DNA of 64,000 nucleotides from an uncultured Holophagales bacterium (GCA_963842525.1 CAWJGT010000001.1:576001-640000), one strand, 5' to 3'; counted from the first letter of the stretch, positions 1-9,792 are shown. Numbers and translations are program-made. Notes: generated from the sequence alone by a model not told the origin.

Positions 1-73
1 AGCGGGGCACGGCGGACGAGACGGAGACGGCGTAGGCGTCGGCTTTGCGGTGGCGGAGGCGGGTGAGGGGCAT
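1..73 (-). CDS. Hypothetical protein, N-terminus only (runs off the window)
   Basis: ATG at 73 just after the stop of the 80..607 gene; reads MPLTRLRHRKADAYAVSVSSAVPR. Confidence 0.4.
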   Translation of the reverse strand, partial: MPLTRLRHRKADAYAVSVSSAVPR

Positions 74-79
74 GGGAGG

Positions 80-607
80 TCAGGTCCTTCCGTAGGCGAT
101 GGGGGCGCTGGTGATCGGGCGGGCGGTGGCGGCTACGGCGAGATCCAGGAGAAGAAGCTCGGGGGAGACGAACTGGAGGGCGAGGACCTCGAGGTCGGGA
201 TTCAGGGTGCCTTCAGAAACAGATGGGTCGGGGTCGAGGAAGTCGATTCGGATCCGGTCGTCGAAGCCTCGGCCTTGGACGGTGACTTGGACCGTCTGGC
301 CGGGGTAGTACTCGGATGGATCGAGTTTCTCGATCCAGAGGGTTCCGGCGGGGATGGTTTCGGAGGTGCCGATGCCGGTGATTCCGGAGCGGTGGAAGGG
401 GGCGAGACTGGGATTGAGGAGGACGGTTCCGGTGTAGTGGTTGTTGGGGGTGCCTCTCGTAACGCAGCGGGCGTCGGTGCGCTGGAGGCGCTCGGTGCCG
501 TCTTGGTGGCGGCCTAGGACTCTCGCGGTGCGGGCGGGGGCTTGCTCTCTTTCACGGCGATCGAGCAGGTTTCCCAGGAGAGTGAGGATCTTTTCGGCAC
601 CGGTCAT
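80..607 (-). CDS. Putative virion-associated protein with an Ig/IPT-like C-terminal domain
   Basis: ORF from MTGAEKIL. The segment PGQTVQVTVQGRGFD...FVSPELLLLDLAV resembles an IPT/TIG beta-sandwich. Lies in the tail operon. Confidence 0.5.
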   Translation of the reverse strand: MTGAEKILTLLGNLLDRREREQAPARTARVLGRHQDGTERLQRTDARCVTRGTPNNHYTGTVLLNPSLAPFHRSGITGIGTSETIPAGTLWIEKLDPSEYYPGQTVQVTVQGRGFDDRIRIDFLDPDPSVSEGTLNPDLEVLALQFVSPELLLLDLAVAATARPITSAPIAYGRT

Positions 608-623
608 GGGGCGGCCTCCTGAG

Positions 624-752
624 CCCTCTCCCCCTGCCCCCCTCTCCCGTGCGGCCACCGGCCCGCCTCCCCGAACGGGAGAGGGGGAAGGTGCGGAACC
701 TCACCCCCTGGCCCCCTCTCCCATCGCACTCCCTTCCCCCGGGAGAGGGGGG
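624..752. repeat. REP-like palindromic element, two units
   Basis: CCCTC(A/T)CCCCC..CCCCTCTCCC...GGGAGAGGGG twice; the same family recurs about ten times in the window. Confidence 0.85.
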
Positions 753-764
753 ACGCGGTCCGTG

Positions 765-2990
765 TCATAGAGGCTGCTCCAGGGTGTAGGTGGCTAGGAT
801 CTGGGGACGCGGAGAAAAAACCCAACGCTCGGTGCGGCGGGTGACTAGACAACGGTGGTGGATGCCGCTGCGGGGATCTATCAGGAGGATGGTGTCTCCG
901 GGTCTGGTGGCGCAGATGGGGCGGATGACGGTGTGGATGAAGGCCATTCTTCTCGCTCGCCGGCGGCTTGCTATAAAGGCGGCTTCTTCGGGGGATTGGG
1001 CGTAATCGAGGGTCAGGACTTCGACAGAGGGTCCCCACCAGGTGGCGGCGACGGGGTCTTCGAGGATGATCTCGAAGGGGGTTTGGGTGAGGCGGGTCCA
1101 ACTGGATTGGCGGTAGCGGGGGCGGGGGGCTCGGCCCATGACGAGGCGGCTCACGGCTCCGGTGCCGTCGTCGACCAGCTCTTCGTAGGTGGAGTCGTCC
1201 AGGACGTTGTAGGCGGTCGTCTTGAGGCTGGTGGTGGCCCAGGTCTCGTGGGTGAGATTGGAGCTGGAGTCTCCCCAATCGTGGGCTCCGGCGACGCGGC
1301 GGGGGGCGTGCCAGCCGGTGGTGGTCTCGACTTTGCCGGTCAGGAGGCCGTCGGCGGAGAGGTGGTTAGAAGTCGTCTTGCGGATGACTCTTTGGAAGGG
1401 GGCGAGGAGGTCTTTCTGGCCGGCTCCTGAATAGTTGAGGAACCAGGGGACTTCGGAAACGGCGGTGCGCTGGGAGTACCAGGCGGAGGTCTCCTGGACC
1501 TCTTTCGTCACGGCTCCGGTGTCACCGTATTCGTGGTGGATCTCGTCAACCTGGGCGAGGCCGAAGTCTTCGATGCGGAGGAGGGCGGTCAGGGCGGTTT
1601 CGAAGGGATACCAGCTCAGCGCGTCGTCGCCGATTCCGGCTCCTACGACGTTGGGTGTGGATGAGCCGGCGTTCCGGACGGCCATGGGGCGGCTGTACCA
1701 GCGGAAGGTCTCGATGCGGCGGGCGGTCTCGGTGCCTTCGGCATCGTAGGTGGGCAGCTCCCGGCGTTCGCCAGTCTTCACGAAGGATTCCTGGCGCCAG
1801 GCTCGGCAAGAGCCTTCCTCGTCGAGGAAAGCCTGGGCCCAGTAATAGCCGTCTTCGACGGGGCCGGGGGGCTCGCCGGCGAAGGGGGTGCGGAGCTTGG
1901 CGGCTCTCGGGTTGTACCAGCCCCATTGCCTTGTGATCTTGGCGATGGTCAGGCCGGCCTGGTCGTGGGTCTCGGTCTCCAAGACGGAAACGAGCTGGAA
2001 GGTCTCGGCGCTGGCGGCGGCGATGGGTTGGAGAGAGCCGTCGGTGAGCTGCATGGCGACGGCTTTCTTGACGGCGTAGAAGTCGAAGACCTCGTCTCGC
2101 TGCTTGGTGATCGTGATGCCGGTCGGGGCTTGCGTGGTCTGGGTCGAACGGATCACCCACTGGCTCGGGACATCGGTGGGGGCGGCGGACTCGATCGAGA
2201 GGACGTCTCGGAGGGTCCAGACGTCGTCGGGGGGCTCGGGGGGCTGGCGCAGCTCGACCCGGTAGGCTTGGACGAGCTGGTCGTCGGCGAGGCGCCAGGA
2301 CCAGCCCTCGGCTTCGCAGAAGGCGGCCAGAAAGGGCCAGAGCTTCTGGCTATCGGTGAGGAGGGGCTTGGTGTAGAGGGCTCCGGCGGGGACGTCTGCG
2401 GTGAAGCCGGCGTCGGTGAGGATCTCGCGGCAGATGTCTCCTCGGGTGAGGCCCTCGTCGGCGGCGAATTCGTAGCAGAGCTCGTGGCGATCGTAGAGGC
2501 GGGACGGGTCGCCGCATCTGACGCGAAGGGTGGGCTCGAGGCCTTCTTGCTGCTCGCAGGAGAGGACGTAGCCGAAGGCTCGGCGCCAAGTGCGGAGGGT
2601 GCCGATCGGGCCGGCGGTGACCCAGATTTCGACGGGGGTGGAGGTCCAGGTGGTCTCGGTGGATTGGATGGACCAGCGGCGGCCGACGAGGGTGAAGGAA
2701 AAGAGGACGGCGGGGGTGTCGATGGAGTCGTCGATTTCGAGGGGGCCTAGAACGGCGGAGGCTGGGAGCCAGGTGTGGCCTAGCTTGATTTGGAAGTTGT
2801 AGGCGATGGAGGAAGAAGAAAGATTTTCGATCAGGGAGCGGGAGACAACGCCCAACAGGGTCGCAGAGTTGGGGCTGGCGAGGTGGCCGCGGAGACCCTC
2901 ACCCCCGGCCCCTCTCCCATCCGCACTCCCTTCCCCCGGGAGAGGGGAGACAAGCTTGAAACTCGCGGAGGTGGCTACGATCGGCATCAC
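765..2990 (-). CDS. Large phage tail protein (tail tip/hub-like), 741 aa
   Basis: Long ORF after the tail genes, overlapping the upstream stop codon. Function inferred from position only. Confidence 0.6.
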   Translation of the reverse strand: MMPIVATSASFKLVSPLPGEGSADGRGAGGEGLRGHLASPNSATLLGVVSRSLIENLSSSSIAYNFQIKLGHTWLPASAVLGPLEIDDSIDTPAVLFSFTLVGRRWSIQSTETTWTSTPVEIWVTAGPIGTLRTWRRAFGYVLSCEQQEGLEPTLRVRCGDPSRLYDRHELCYEFAADEGLTRGDICREILTDAGFTADVPAGALYTKPLLTDSQKLWPFLAAFCEAEGWSWRLADDQLVQAYRVELRQPPEPPDDVWTLRDVLSIESAAPTDVPSQWVIRSTQTTQAPTGITITKQRDEVFDFYAVKKAVAMQLTDGSLQPIAAASAETFQLVSVLETETHDQAGLTIAKITRQWGWYNPRAAKLRTPFAGEPPGPVEDGYYWAQAFLDEEGSCRAWRQESFVKTGERRELPTYDAEGTETARRIETFRWYSRPMAVRNAGSSTPNVVGAGIGDDALSWYPFETALTALLRIEDFGLAQVDEIHHEYGDTGAVTKEVQETSAWYSQRTAVSEVPWFLNYSGAGQKDLLAPFQRVIRKTTSNHLSADGLLTGKVETTTGWHAPRRVAGAHDWGDSSSNLTHETWATTSLKTTAYNVLDDSTYEELVDDGTGAVSRLVMGRAPRPRYRQSSWTRLTQTPFEIILEDPVAATWWGPSVEVLTLDYAQSPEEAAFIASRRRARRMAFIHTVIRPICATRPGDTILLIDPRSGIHHRCLVTRRTERWVFSPRPQILATYTLEQPL
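2896..2947. repeat. REP-like element inserted in frame in the tail gene
   Basis: CCCTCACCCCCGGCCCCTCTCCC...GGGAGAGGGG translated as SPLPGEGSADGRGAGGEG. Confidence 0.8.
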
Positions 2991-3655
2991 TGCTCCGTCT
3001 CGACGAGGGCTATTCGTCTCGGCTCTCGGATCCAGTCTCGGTAGTGACGGGACTGGTCTTCGGCGGCGGTGACCATGGCGAAGAGGGGGACGAGTTGGAC
3101 GATCAGTCGGGTGCCTGATGGCGGGGGCTCAGAAAGCTTGAAGCGGCGGCCACCTTGCTCAAACCAGCAGTCGCCGGCGGATGGGGTGTCGGTGGCGTAG
3201 GTGGCGGGGTCGGGCTCTTGGATGGACAAGGCGGTGCTTCCCCAGCCTGGGCGGATGGTGGGATGGAAGCGCTCGGGTGGGGCTCCGGCGGGCGGGGTCA
3301 GGAGATGGTGGGACTGGCGCCAGGGGAGGTCCCATTCGGCGCGGTGGCCGTCGGCCAGGTAGCCGAGGGTGACGTGCTTCCAGAGGGTCAGGTCGTGCGG
3401 GCCGGGGAAGGCTAGACGTGCTTCGACTTCTTCGGCTAGCGGGCCTAGATGGCGGTAGTCGAGGGTGACTCCGTACCAGCGGCGGATGACAGGGGCGCCG
3501 GGAAGCGGGGCCAGGCGCTGCTCTCTTGTGCTGCCGTTCGCCATGCGGATGGTGCCGACGAGCTCGGTCTCTACGACTTCCCAGGAGTCGGCGGCGGCTC
3601 CGAGCAGGTGGAGGCCGTCGAGAGTCGGGGCGGTGGCGGCTCCGGTGGTGCTCAT
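2987..3655 (-). CDS. Putative phage tail protein (distal-tail position)
   Basis: 222 aa ORF coupled to both neighbours; N-terminal RMANGSTREQ is typical of distal tail proteins. Confidence 0.55.
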   Translation of the reverse strand: MSTTGAATAPTLDGLHLLGAAADSWEVVETELVGTIRMANGSTREQRLAPLPGAPVIRRWYGVTLDYRHLGPLAEEVEARLAFPGPHDLTLWKHVTLGYLADGHRAEWDLPWRQSHHLLTPPAGAPPERFHPTIRPGWGSTALSIQEPDPATYATDTPSAGDCWFEQGGRRFKLSEPPPSGTRLIVQLVPLFAMVTAAEDQSRHYRDWIREPRRIALVETEQ

Positions 3656-4344
3656 CAGCCGCCTTTCTTCAGGGCGTCATAGAGAGCCTGGGCGAGGTCG
3701 GAGAACTCGCTTTCGGGGAAGGCTCTCTTGATGTCTCTTACGATCTCTTCGACTCTCTTCAGGGTGACGGAACCCTTGCGGAAGAGGTCGATGATGTCGG
3801 CGAGCTGCTTGGCGAAGAGGAGCTGGGTTTTGCCGAGATAGTCCTGGACTCTTGCGATCTCGACGGAGCCGTCCTGCAGGCCCTGGATGAACTCTCGGAC
3901 CTGGTCTCGGTAGAAATTGAAGTCGAGACCTCTCAGATATTCCCTGAGACGCTCGCCTCCGATCTGGGCATCGCCGTAAAGGGTGATGAGCTGTTGGATG
4001 GGAACGGCTCCGATCTTCACGGCGTCGATCAGCTCGCTCACGGCTTTGTTCCAGAGGTTCGTGTGGTTGGAGACGGCTTGCTGGAGGTCGTCGAGGCGGG
4101 TGGTGATCTGCGATTGCGCGGTCGCAGCTTGCTGGTGGAGGTCGGCTAGGGTGGTGGTGACAACCGCAGCAGTAGAGGTGGATTGGGCGGAGACAGAGGA
4201 CATCAAGGACTGCAAGGACTGCAAGGACGGAACGGCAGAAGACGTGGAGGTGGTGGCGAGACGCTGGGTGGCGTCTTGAGCCTGGTTGGCGCCCTCGGTG
4301 ATGCGATCGAGGAGGGCGGCGAGGTCCTGGAGCTGGGTGATCAT
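3655..4344 (-). CDS. Helical protein in the tape-measure position (short or remnant TMP)
   Basis: 229 aa, Ala/Gln/Thr-rich and helical; contains a 9-bp repeat giving SLQSLQSL. Confidence 0.5.
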   Translation of the reverse strand: MITQLQDLAALLDRITEGANQAQDATQRLATTSTSSAVPSLQSLQSLMSSVSAQSTSTAAVVTTTLADLHQQAATAQSQITTRLDDLQQAVSNHTNLWNKAVSELIDAVKIGAVPIQQLITLYGDAQIGGERLREYLRGLDFNFYRDQVREFIQGLQDGSVEIARVQDYLGKTQLLFAKQLADIIDLFRKGSVTLKRVEEIVRDIKRAFPESEFSDLAQALYDALKKGG

Positions 4345-4568
4345 GGCTGGGTGGTGGTGAGCTGGGAAACGGCGGTGGCCGCTTCGTGGGCTTTGGCGAT
4401 CACCTGATCGAGCTGGGCGAGGAGGGGGGCGAAGGCTGTGCCTCCAGAGCTCTGGATGGACTGCAAGGCCGCGGCGAGCTCGCCGATGGCGGTGGCGGCG
4501 TCTCGGAAGATCTGCGGCTCGCCTTCCTGCTCGATGGTTAGGCGGGCTTTGACTTCGGCGTCAGGCAT
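4341..4568 (-). CDS. Small protein resembling a tape-measure N-terminus
   Basis: MPDAEVKARLTIEQEG..., 75 aa, overlapping both neighbours. Confidence 0.45.
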   Translation of the reverse strand: MPDAEVKARLTIEQEGEPQIFRDAATAIGELAAALQSIQSSGGTAFAPLLAQLDQVIAKAHEAATAVSQLTTTQP

Positions 4569-5910
4569 GGGGTGTCCAATCTCTGGAAGTGATGACCTCG
4601 ACGGTCAGGGGCGGGGCTATAGCGTCGTTGGTTTCGCCGATGAGGGTGATTTCCTCGGCGATGGCTCGGGTGTCTTTGGCGACTCGCTTCGCGGCGTCGA
4701 TCCTGGCGGAGGTGAATGTAAACGTGATTGATTCTCGATGGGTAGCGTCGAGCTGGCGGCCGGTGAAGGCGAGCTGAGTTTCTAGGCGGGCGGCGGCCTC
4801 GGCTTGGTCAGCGAAGAAGGGATCGACGAGGGCTCTCTCGATCTTCAGGGAGGGTGCGAAGAGACCGTCTCGCAGGAGGGCGTAGGGGTAGCGGCTGCCG
4901 TTGCCTCGTTCTTCGGAGAGGGGCCAGGAGAGATCGAGGTTGCCTTTGCGGCACCTCATGGTGGTCCAGGGGTCGGCGCCGGGGGCCGTGCGGAGGGCGA
5001 CGGTCCAGTGGGCGCTGGTGAAGCGTTGGAAGCCGGAGAGGATTGGGAGGTCGGGGTCTGTCCAGTGGCCGGGCGGGGCGAAGGTGAAGACGTCGCCGGA
5101 GGAGAGGGCGGCGTGGTCGGCGGCGGTGCCGGGCCAGATGATTTCGAGGGGATCTCGATTTTCGTCCCAGAAGCCCAGGTCGAGGCCGTCGGCTCCTTGC
5201 AGGTTCTGCCAGATGGCTTCGCCGTTGGGGTCGAGGACGACGTCGACGGGCGGGCCGGGGAAGGTGGGGGCTCCGGCGGTCTGCTCGACTTGGAACTGGA
5301 GACCGCCCTCGACTTGGGCGACCTGGACGTGAACGGGGCCGGCGGATGGGTTGCGCAGGGCTCCTCGGAGATAAGGGCCGAGGGCATAGGTGCCGAGGTT
5401 GGCGGGGGCCGCGGCGGGCGGGCCCATGCGGGTCCCGTGGGCGACGAGGCCTTCGAGCTTGACGGGAATCTCGGTGTTGTCGCCGATGGCGAGGGAGAGC
5501 TTGCCGAACTTGAGGCCGTAGAGCCAGGTGCGCAGGACGGGGCTCTTCGAGAGGAGGGCGTAGAAGGAGGTATCGACTCCGTTGCGAGAGGGATGGAAAA
5601 GGTATTGATAGATGCCGGGAGCCAGGACGGTCTTGGTGGCGAGCCCGAGAAGGTGCTCCAGGAAGTCAAGGATGGTGCCGGTCGTGAGACTGAGGGACCA
5701 GATGGACTTGCCTCCCTTCGGTCCTGGGACGCCTCGCTCCAGATAGCCGCTCTGATTGACGGCGGCTCCTTCTCTCTGGTCGTCGAGCAGATCGGAGTCG
5801 AGCGGCAGGACGGCTTTGTAGGTGGTGAGGCTGCCTCCTGGAACTCCGAAGTTTCTTTCGCGGCCTACGGCCCAGAGGACCGCAGAGCCTGTGGCTCCGA
5901 GCTGGTTCAC
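4561..5910 (-). CDS. Major tail tube protein with an inserted domain (non-contractile type)
   Basis: 449 aa, starts with AVGRERNFGVP (siphovirus tube-like G.E..FG), beta-rich; no sheath gene nearby. Confidence 0.6.
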   Translation of the reverse strand: MNQLGATGSAVLWAVGRERNFGVPGGSLTTYKAVLPLDSDLLDDQREGAAVNQSGYLERGVPGPKGGKSIWSLSLTTGTILDFLEHLLGLATKTVLAPGIYQYLFHPSRNGVDTSFYALLSKSPVLRTWLYGLKFGKLSLAIGDNTEIPVKLEGLVAHGTRMGPPAAAPANLGTYALGPYLRGALRNPSAGPVHVQVAQVEGGLQFQVEQTAGAPTFPGPPVDVVLDPNGEAIWQNLQGADGLDLGFWDENRDPLEIIWPGTAADHAALSSGDVFTFAPPGHWTDPDLPILSGFQRFTSAHWTVALRTAPGADPWTTMRCRKGNLDLSWPLSEERGNGSRYPYALLRDGLFAPSLKIERALVDPFFADQAEAAARLETQLAFTGRQLDATHRESITFTFTSARIDAAKRVAKDTRAIAEEITLIGETNDAIAPPLTVEVITSRDWTPHA

Positions 5911-6437
5911 GGGAGGGCCTCCTGGTCGCGCAGGTCGATGGCGGAGCGGTACTCGATATTGATCACGGTTAGGAGCAGATTGGACGGGAGCGGCGTGGCG
6001 TCGAGCTGCACGCGCTGGATGCGTGTGACTCCTTCGGTGAGAAGAGCGCCGTCCGGATCCTGGAGGACGCCGGCGTTGCGGCGGACGATCCGGCGGAGCT
6101 GGGCGACGATGCGGGAGCGCAGCAGGTCGGCGGTGTCACCCCAACCGGCCGGGGGATTGGTCACCAGGGCGAGTTGGACGACGGTGGTGTAGCTCGCGCC
6201 ATAGCTCGACGTCGTCTCTCGTTCTTCGTCGGCGAGGATCGAGAGGGCAAGGCAGGGGGCAGGCAGGGTCTCGGTGCGGAGGATGGAAGCCATTTCGAGG
6301 ATGGAAATCTGATCGTCTCTCGGGAAGACGGTGCGGAGGGGGGCGTCGGCGAGGAGCTGCTCTCGCAGTACCTGGAGGATGCGAGCGTCGAGAGACCAGG
6401 GGAGGGCTGGGTAGATGGTGGGATCAGGGAGTGGCAT
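5907..6437 (-). CDS. Putative tail terminator/completion protein
   Basis: Position between morphogenesis and tube genes; LPAPCLAL...EER motif. Confidence 0.55.
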   Translation of the reverse strand: MPLPDPTIYPALPWSLDARILQVLREQLLADAPLRTVFPRDDQISILEMASILRTETLPAPCLALSILADEERETTSSYGASYTTVVQLALVTNPPAGWGDTADLLRSRIVAQLRRIVRRNAGVLQDPDGALLTEGVTRIQRVQLDATPLPSNLLLTVINIEYRSAIDLRDQEALP

Positions 6438-6903
6438 GGAAGTAGTGCTCCTGGATGAGATCAAGAAGGGCCTGGACTTCGGCTGCGGTGACGTAGACGA
6501 AGGGGAAAGCCTGGACGGTGCGCTCGCGGCCGGTCTTGGGGTCGGTGAGGGTGCCGCCGTCCTGGAGGGTCCGGGCGAAGGGGGCTCGGGCGCCCACTTC
6601 GAGGGCTCGGTCTTCGAGCAGGAGGGTGGTGATGCTCTGTAGGAGGTCGCCGGCGCGGATGAGGGCTGGGCCGGCGGGTGGGTGGCCGTAGTAGGCGCGG
6701 ATCTTCTGGGTGACGGGTGCTAGTGGGGGCCAGGGGGATTCCGGGCCGGATTGGTCGTGGATGTGGGAGTGGAAGTAAGCCTGGAGCTTCGCGGCCAGGG
6801 CTTCGAGGAGGGGGCGCGGGGGCTGCTCCAGGCGGGCGGCGGCGGCTTCGAGGAGGGCCTGGGCGGCGGCGACGCCTTCGAGGGTGAGCGTGAGGCGGAG
6901 CAT
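6424..6903 (-). CDS. Phage virion morphogenesis protein (Mu G / tail completion S-like)
   Basis: GPESPWPPLAPVT...LIRAGDLLQSI...VGARAPFARTLQDGG...AFPF matches the family pattern. Confidence 0.8.
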   Translation of the reverse strand: MLRLTLTLEGVAAAQALLEAAAARLEQPPRPLLEALAAKLQAYFHSHIHDQSGPESPWPPLAPVTQKIRAYYGHPPAGPALIRAGDLLQSITTLLLEDRALEVGARAPFARTLQDGGTLTDPKTGRERTVQAFPFVYVTAAEVQALLDLIQEHYFHATP

Positions 6904-6907
6904 CAGG

Positions 6908-7033
6908 CCCCCTCCCCCGGCCCCTCCCCCGTGCGGCCACCGGCCGCCGCCCCGAACGGGAGAGGGGGGAAAAGAAGATCCTCACCCCCGGCCCCTCTCC
7001 CATCTCCCTCCCAGGCCCCCGCCGGGAGAGGGG
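6908..7033. repeat. REP-like palindromic element, two units, intergenic in the phage operon
   Basis: Similar to the 624..752 copy. Confidence 0.85.
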
Positions 7034-7072
7034 AGAAAAGCAAGGACGAACACGGACGGACACGGACGGTCA

Positions 7073-7504
7073 TCACCAGTCCTCCAGGTCCTGGAGGCGG
7101 AGGCCTCGGGTGGTGGGGCCGGTGATGGCGATCAGCGGAGACACGTCGTCGGCTGGCGGGGCCTGGGGGAGGTCGAGGCTGGCGGCTCCTCTGGCGACGT
7201 CTCGGAGCCAGGTGAGGGCTTGCTGGGTCTCGGTCTCCAGGGCGGGGCTGGGCTGGCCTCCGGTCACGAGGCGGCGGTGGGCCAGGACGGCGACTTTGGC
7301 TTTCAGGACGGGGGGCGTGGTGGCTGGGGTGGATGGAAGCGTGGAGCGATAGCGGCCGAGGAGGTAAGACGTTGCTTCGGCTTCGGCCTGGTCGATGGCG
7401 GAAAGGAGGGCCGGCTCGCCCCCCTGGCCGGCGAGGCGGAGGATTTCCGCCTCGCCGCGGAGGGCGAGCAACTCGGCCGGGGTGAGGTAGCGGGGCGGCA
7501 TCAC
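7073..7504 (-). CDS. Mu gp36-like head-tail connector (DUF1320)
   Basis: YLTPAEL...AIDQAEAEATSYLLGRY...ALTWLRDVARGAASL. Confidence 0.85.
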   Translation of the reverse strand: MMPPRYLTPAELLALRGEAEILRLAGQGGEPALLSAIDQAEAEATSYLLGRYRSTLPSTPATTPPVLKAKVAVLAHRRLVTGGQPSPALETETQQALTWLRDVARGAASLDLPQAPPADDVSPLIAITGPTTRGLRLQDLEDW

Positions 7505-7905
7505 CGGCGCTTGCGGGGCGCTTCGGCGGCCGCCATGGCGAGCTCGGGCTCAGGCTCGACCGGCGCGATGGAGGTCGGCTCCTGGACCCGCTCCGCCTTC
7601 AGGTTGGGATCGAGGACGCCAGGATCCACGGGAGTCGCGAAGGACTCCGGCTCCTGGACGCGCTCGGCCTTGAGGTTGATGATGGTGATCTCGACGTCAA
7701 CCGTGCCGGGCGAGACCTCCTGGATCAGGAGATGCTGGTCCTGGGCGATCTCGCGGGGCAGCATGTCGCATTCGAGATAGGTGGGCTGGGCTCCGAGGAC
7801 GAGGGTCATGGAACCGCCGGGATAGGAGACGGTGCGGCGGCGGGTGCCGGAGCCCTCAGGGCCTTTGGCGCTGACTTCACGGTCGGTGCGGATCTTGAAA
7901 ATCAT
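7501..7905 (-). CDS. Small protein after the capsid gene (Mu gp35/HI1506-like position)
   Basis: 134 aa, RBS AAGGAG, internal duplication of NLKAERVQEP. Confidence 0.6.
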   Translation of the reverse strand: MIFKIRTDREVSAKGPEGSGTRRRTVSYPGGSMTLVLGAQPTYLECDMLPREIAQDQHLLIQEVSPGTVDVEITIINLKAERVQEPESFATPVDPGVLDPNLKAERVQEPTSIAPVEPEPELAMAAAEAPRKRR

Positions 7906-7926
7906 GTTTCTTCTCCTTGTAAAAGC

Positions 7927-8853
7927 TCAGTCCGGGTCGATCCGGACCGCGCACTGGGGGAAGCCCGGCTCGACGCCGTACTCCCCATCCATTCCGAAGC
8001 TGATCTGGGCGTGGGAAAACGACTTGGTCGTGTCGAACTCGATGCCGTTGGGTTCTCTCGTGGGCATCCAGAGAACGGGTCTCGGACCGGTCGGGAGCGA
8101 GAGGATCATGTCCACTTTGTTTTCGGTCCCCGGGGCAGGGTTGTAGTCGAGCCAGAGGCTGAACTTTTCTTTCCAGGTGTTGGGATCGGCGCCGAAGCTG
8201 GGCTCGGTGCGGAGCAGCTCGTAGGCTTGGAAGACGTCCGTGGATCTCGTGATGACGATCAGGTTTTGCCTCACCTGGTCGGCGGAGGCGAGGGCGTCTC
8301 CCCAGAGGCGGATGGACATGAGCCGGAGGAGGGCGTTGGTGATCTCGGAACGCGCTTCCATTACGTCCGGCTTCGCAGGGATCTGGCGAACGACATGAAC
8401 GACGTTGGAGTAGCCGCGGCCGTCGGGGTGGACGTGATCGGTGTCGAAGAAGTTCTGGCCGTCGTAGGCGAGACGGTTGTGGCGCAGGACTTTCACCGCA
8501 AGCATGACCTTGCCCGCGGCGAAGCCTTCGGCGATGGCGGCAGACTTCTGCTGGACGGTCGCGAGGGCGGTGCCCCTCTCGATGTCGTTTCGATCGACGG
8601 CGTCGGTGATCTCATATTTCTCGCCAACGATCGTGATCGGAGTTGCGAAGGAGCGCTGGACGATGCGCTCCCCCACCCATTTGTGGAGCTGCGTGAAGAG
8701 GGTGGTCCATTCGATCGTGAGGCTTTTGGCTCTCGTCGGATTGGGGACGGTCGCGGTGAGCTGCGGCAATAAGGCATTCGCCGCGGACCGGTCGTAGAGG
8801 TCGAGGGCGTAGGGGGTGACGACGCGGGCGATGCTTTGAAGCTCGCTGAGCAT
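7927..8853 (-). CDS. Mu-like major capsid protein (gpT/gp34 family)
   Basis: WVGER...KYEITDAVDRNDIE...YDGQNFFDTDH...FGMDGEYGVEPGFPQ. Confidence 0.9.
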   Translation of the reverse strand: MLSELQSIARVVTPYALDLYDRSAANALLPQLTATVPNPTRAKSLTIEWTTLFTQLHKWVGERIVQRSFATPITIVGEKYEITDAVDRNDIERGTALATVQQKSAAIAEGFAAGKVMLAVKVLRHNRLAYDGQNFFDTDHVHPDGRGYSNVVHVVRQIPAKPDVMEARSEITNALLRLMSIRLWGDALASADQVRQNLIVITRSTDVFQAYELLRTEPSFGADPNTWKEKFSLWLDYNPAPGTENKVDMILSLPTGPRPVLWMPTREPNGIEFDTTKSFSHAQISFGMDGEYGVEPGFPQCAVRIDPD

Positions 8854-8856
8854 GGC

Positions 8857-9324
8857 TTACTCCACAGGGGGCTCGGCGCCTGGCACCCGTTCGACGTCGA
8901 TAAACCAGGTCGACGGACCGTAGGGACGGGTGAAGCGTCCGGCTTGAATGGCGTTATTGGTGAAGGAGGCGGAAACGGTGTTGTCGTCGACGACGAAGGC
9001 GGGGGCGCCGGGCCGGGGAGTGCCTCCAGTGACGTTGAAGAGCCATTCGCCTCGGGTGTCGACTCGGACGTAGCGGGCGGCGTCGGTGTAATCACCGGAG
9101 GTGCCGAGGGTGCCCGCGGCGCCGAAGGCGTTATTGAGGCCTTCGCGGCAGACGCCTTGGACGGTGAGGCCGTCGGTGTCGGAGGCGGGGACCGCGCGCC
9201 CTGAGCCGCTGGTCGCGACGAGAGCTCCGACGAAGAGAACCGCTCCAGCGGCGGCCGGAAGCGGCAGGATCTGCGGTTGGTGCAGTGCCCAGATGCGTTG
9301 GGTGTCTTGTGTGAGCGGTGGCAT
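8857..9324 (-). CDS. Capsid decoration/cement protein
   Basis: LPAAAGAVLFVGALV...AFVVDDNTVS...AG, immediately upstream of the capsid gene. Confidence 0.7.
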   Translation of the reverse strand: MPPLTQDTQRIWALHQPQILPLPAAAGAVLFVGALVATSGSGRAVPASDTDGLTVQGVCREGLNNAFGAAGTLGTSGDYTDAARYVRVDTRGEWLFNVTGGTPRPGAPAFVVDDNTVSASFTNNAIQAGRFTRPYGPSTWFIDVERVPGAEPPVE

Positions 9325-9333
9325 GGTTGAACC

Positions 9334-9792
9334 TCAGTTCGTGCGGAAGCCGAAGGCGGTGGTGGTGAATTGGTACTTGGCGTCGAGCTCGCGGCGACGC
9401 TCGGCGGAAAGGCCGAGGGCGGTGGTGGCCTGGAGCTCCTGGTCGGCCAGGCGGCCGGCGGTCATCGCTTCGACAGCGGGGACGGCGGCGAGGATATCGA
9501 GGAGCCGGTCGGCGATCGCGACTTCGGTGGGGGGCTTCGTGGGGTCGTCCTGCAGCTTCACGGTGGCGGGGGTGCGGGTGGCGAGTAGCTCGATGAGGAG
9601 CGGCTTGGCGAGATTCGCCATGGCGGGGGTGAGACTTGCTCCGAGAGCCTTCAGGCGGCTATCGGCTTGCAGCTCGGCTTTCTGCCTCAGGATGATGGCG
9701 ACGGCCTGGTCGCTTTCGACGACTCGCTGTTGCAGGGCGGCGCTCAGCTCGACTTCACCAGGGGCGGACGGTGGCGAATCACTTTCGGACAC
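9334..9792 (-). CDS. Putative internally initiated scaffolding protein (Mu gpZ-like)
   Basis: In-frame GTG at 9792 with AAAGGAG 6 nt upstream, right after the protease domain. Confidence 0.55.
   Translation of the reverse strand: MSESDSPPSAPGEVELSAALQQRVVESDQAVAIILRQKAELQADSRLKALGASLTPAMANLAKPLLIELLATRTPATVKLQDDPTKPPTEVAIADRLLDILAAVPAVEAMTAGRLADQELQATTALGLSAERRRELDAKYQFTTTAFGFRTN

Noticed and set aside
4561-5910. Contractile injection system or tailocin
   Set aside because: No sheath or baseplate wedge genes are visible, and a full head and packaging module is present.
7560-7680. 72-bp-spaced internal duplication (NLKAERVQEP twice) as a functional repeat system
   Set aside because: A single short duplication in a low-complexity tail with nothing else to support a function.
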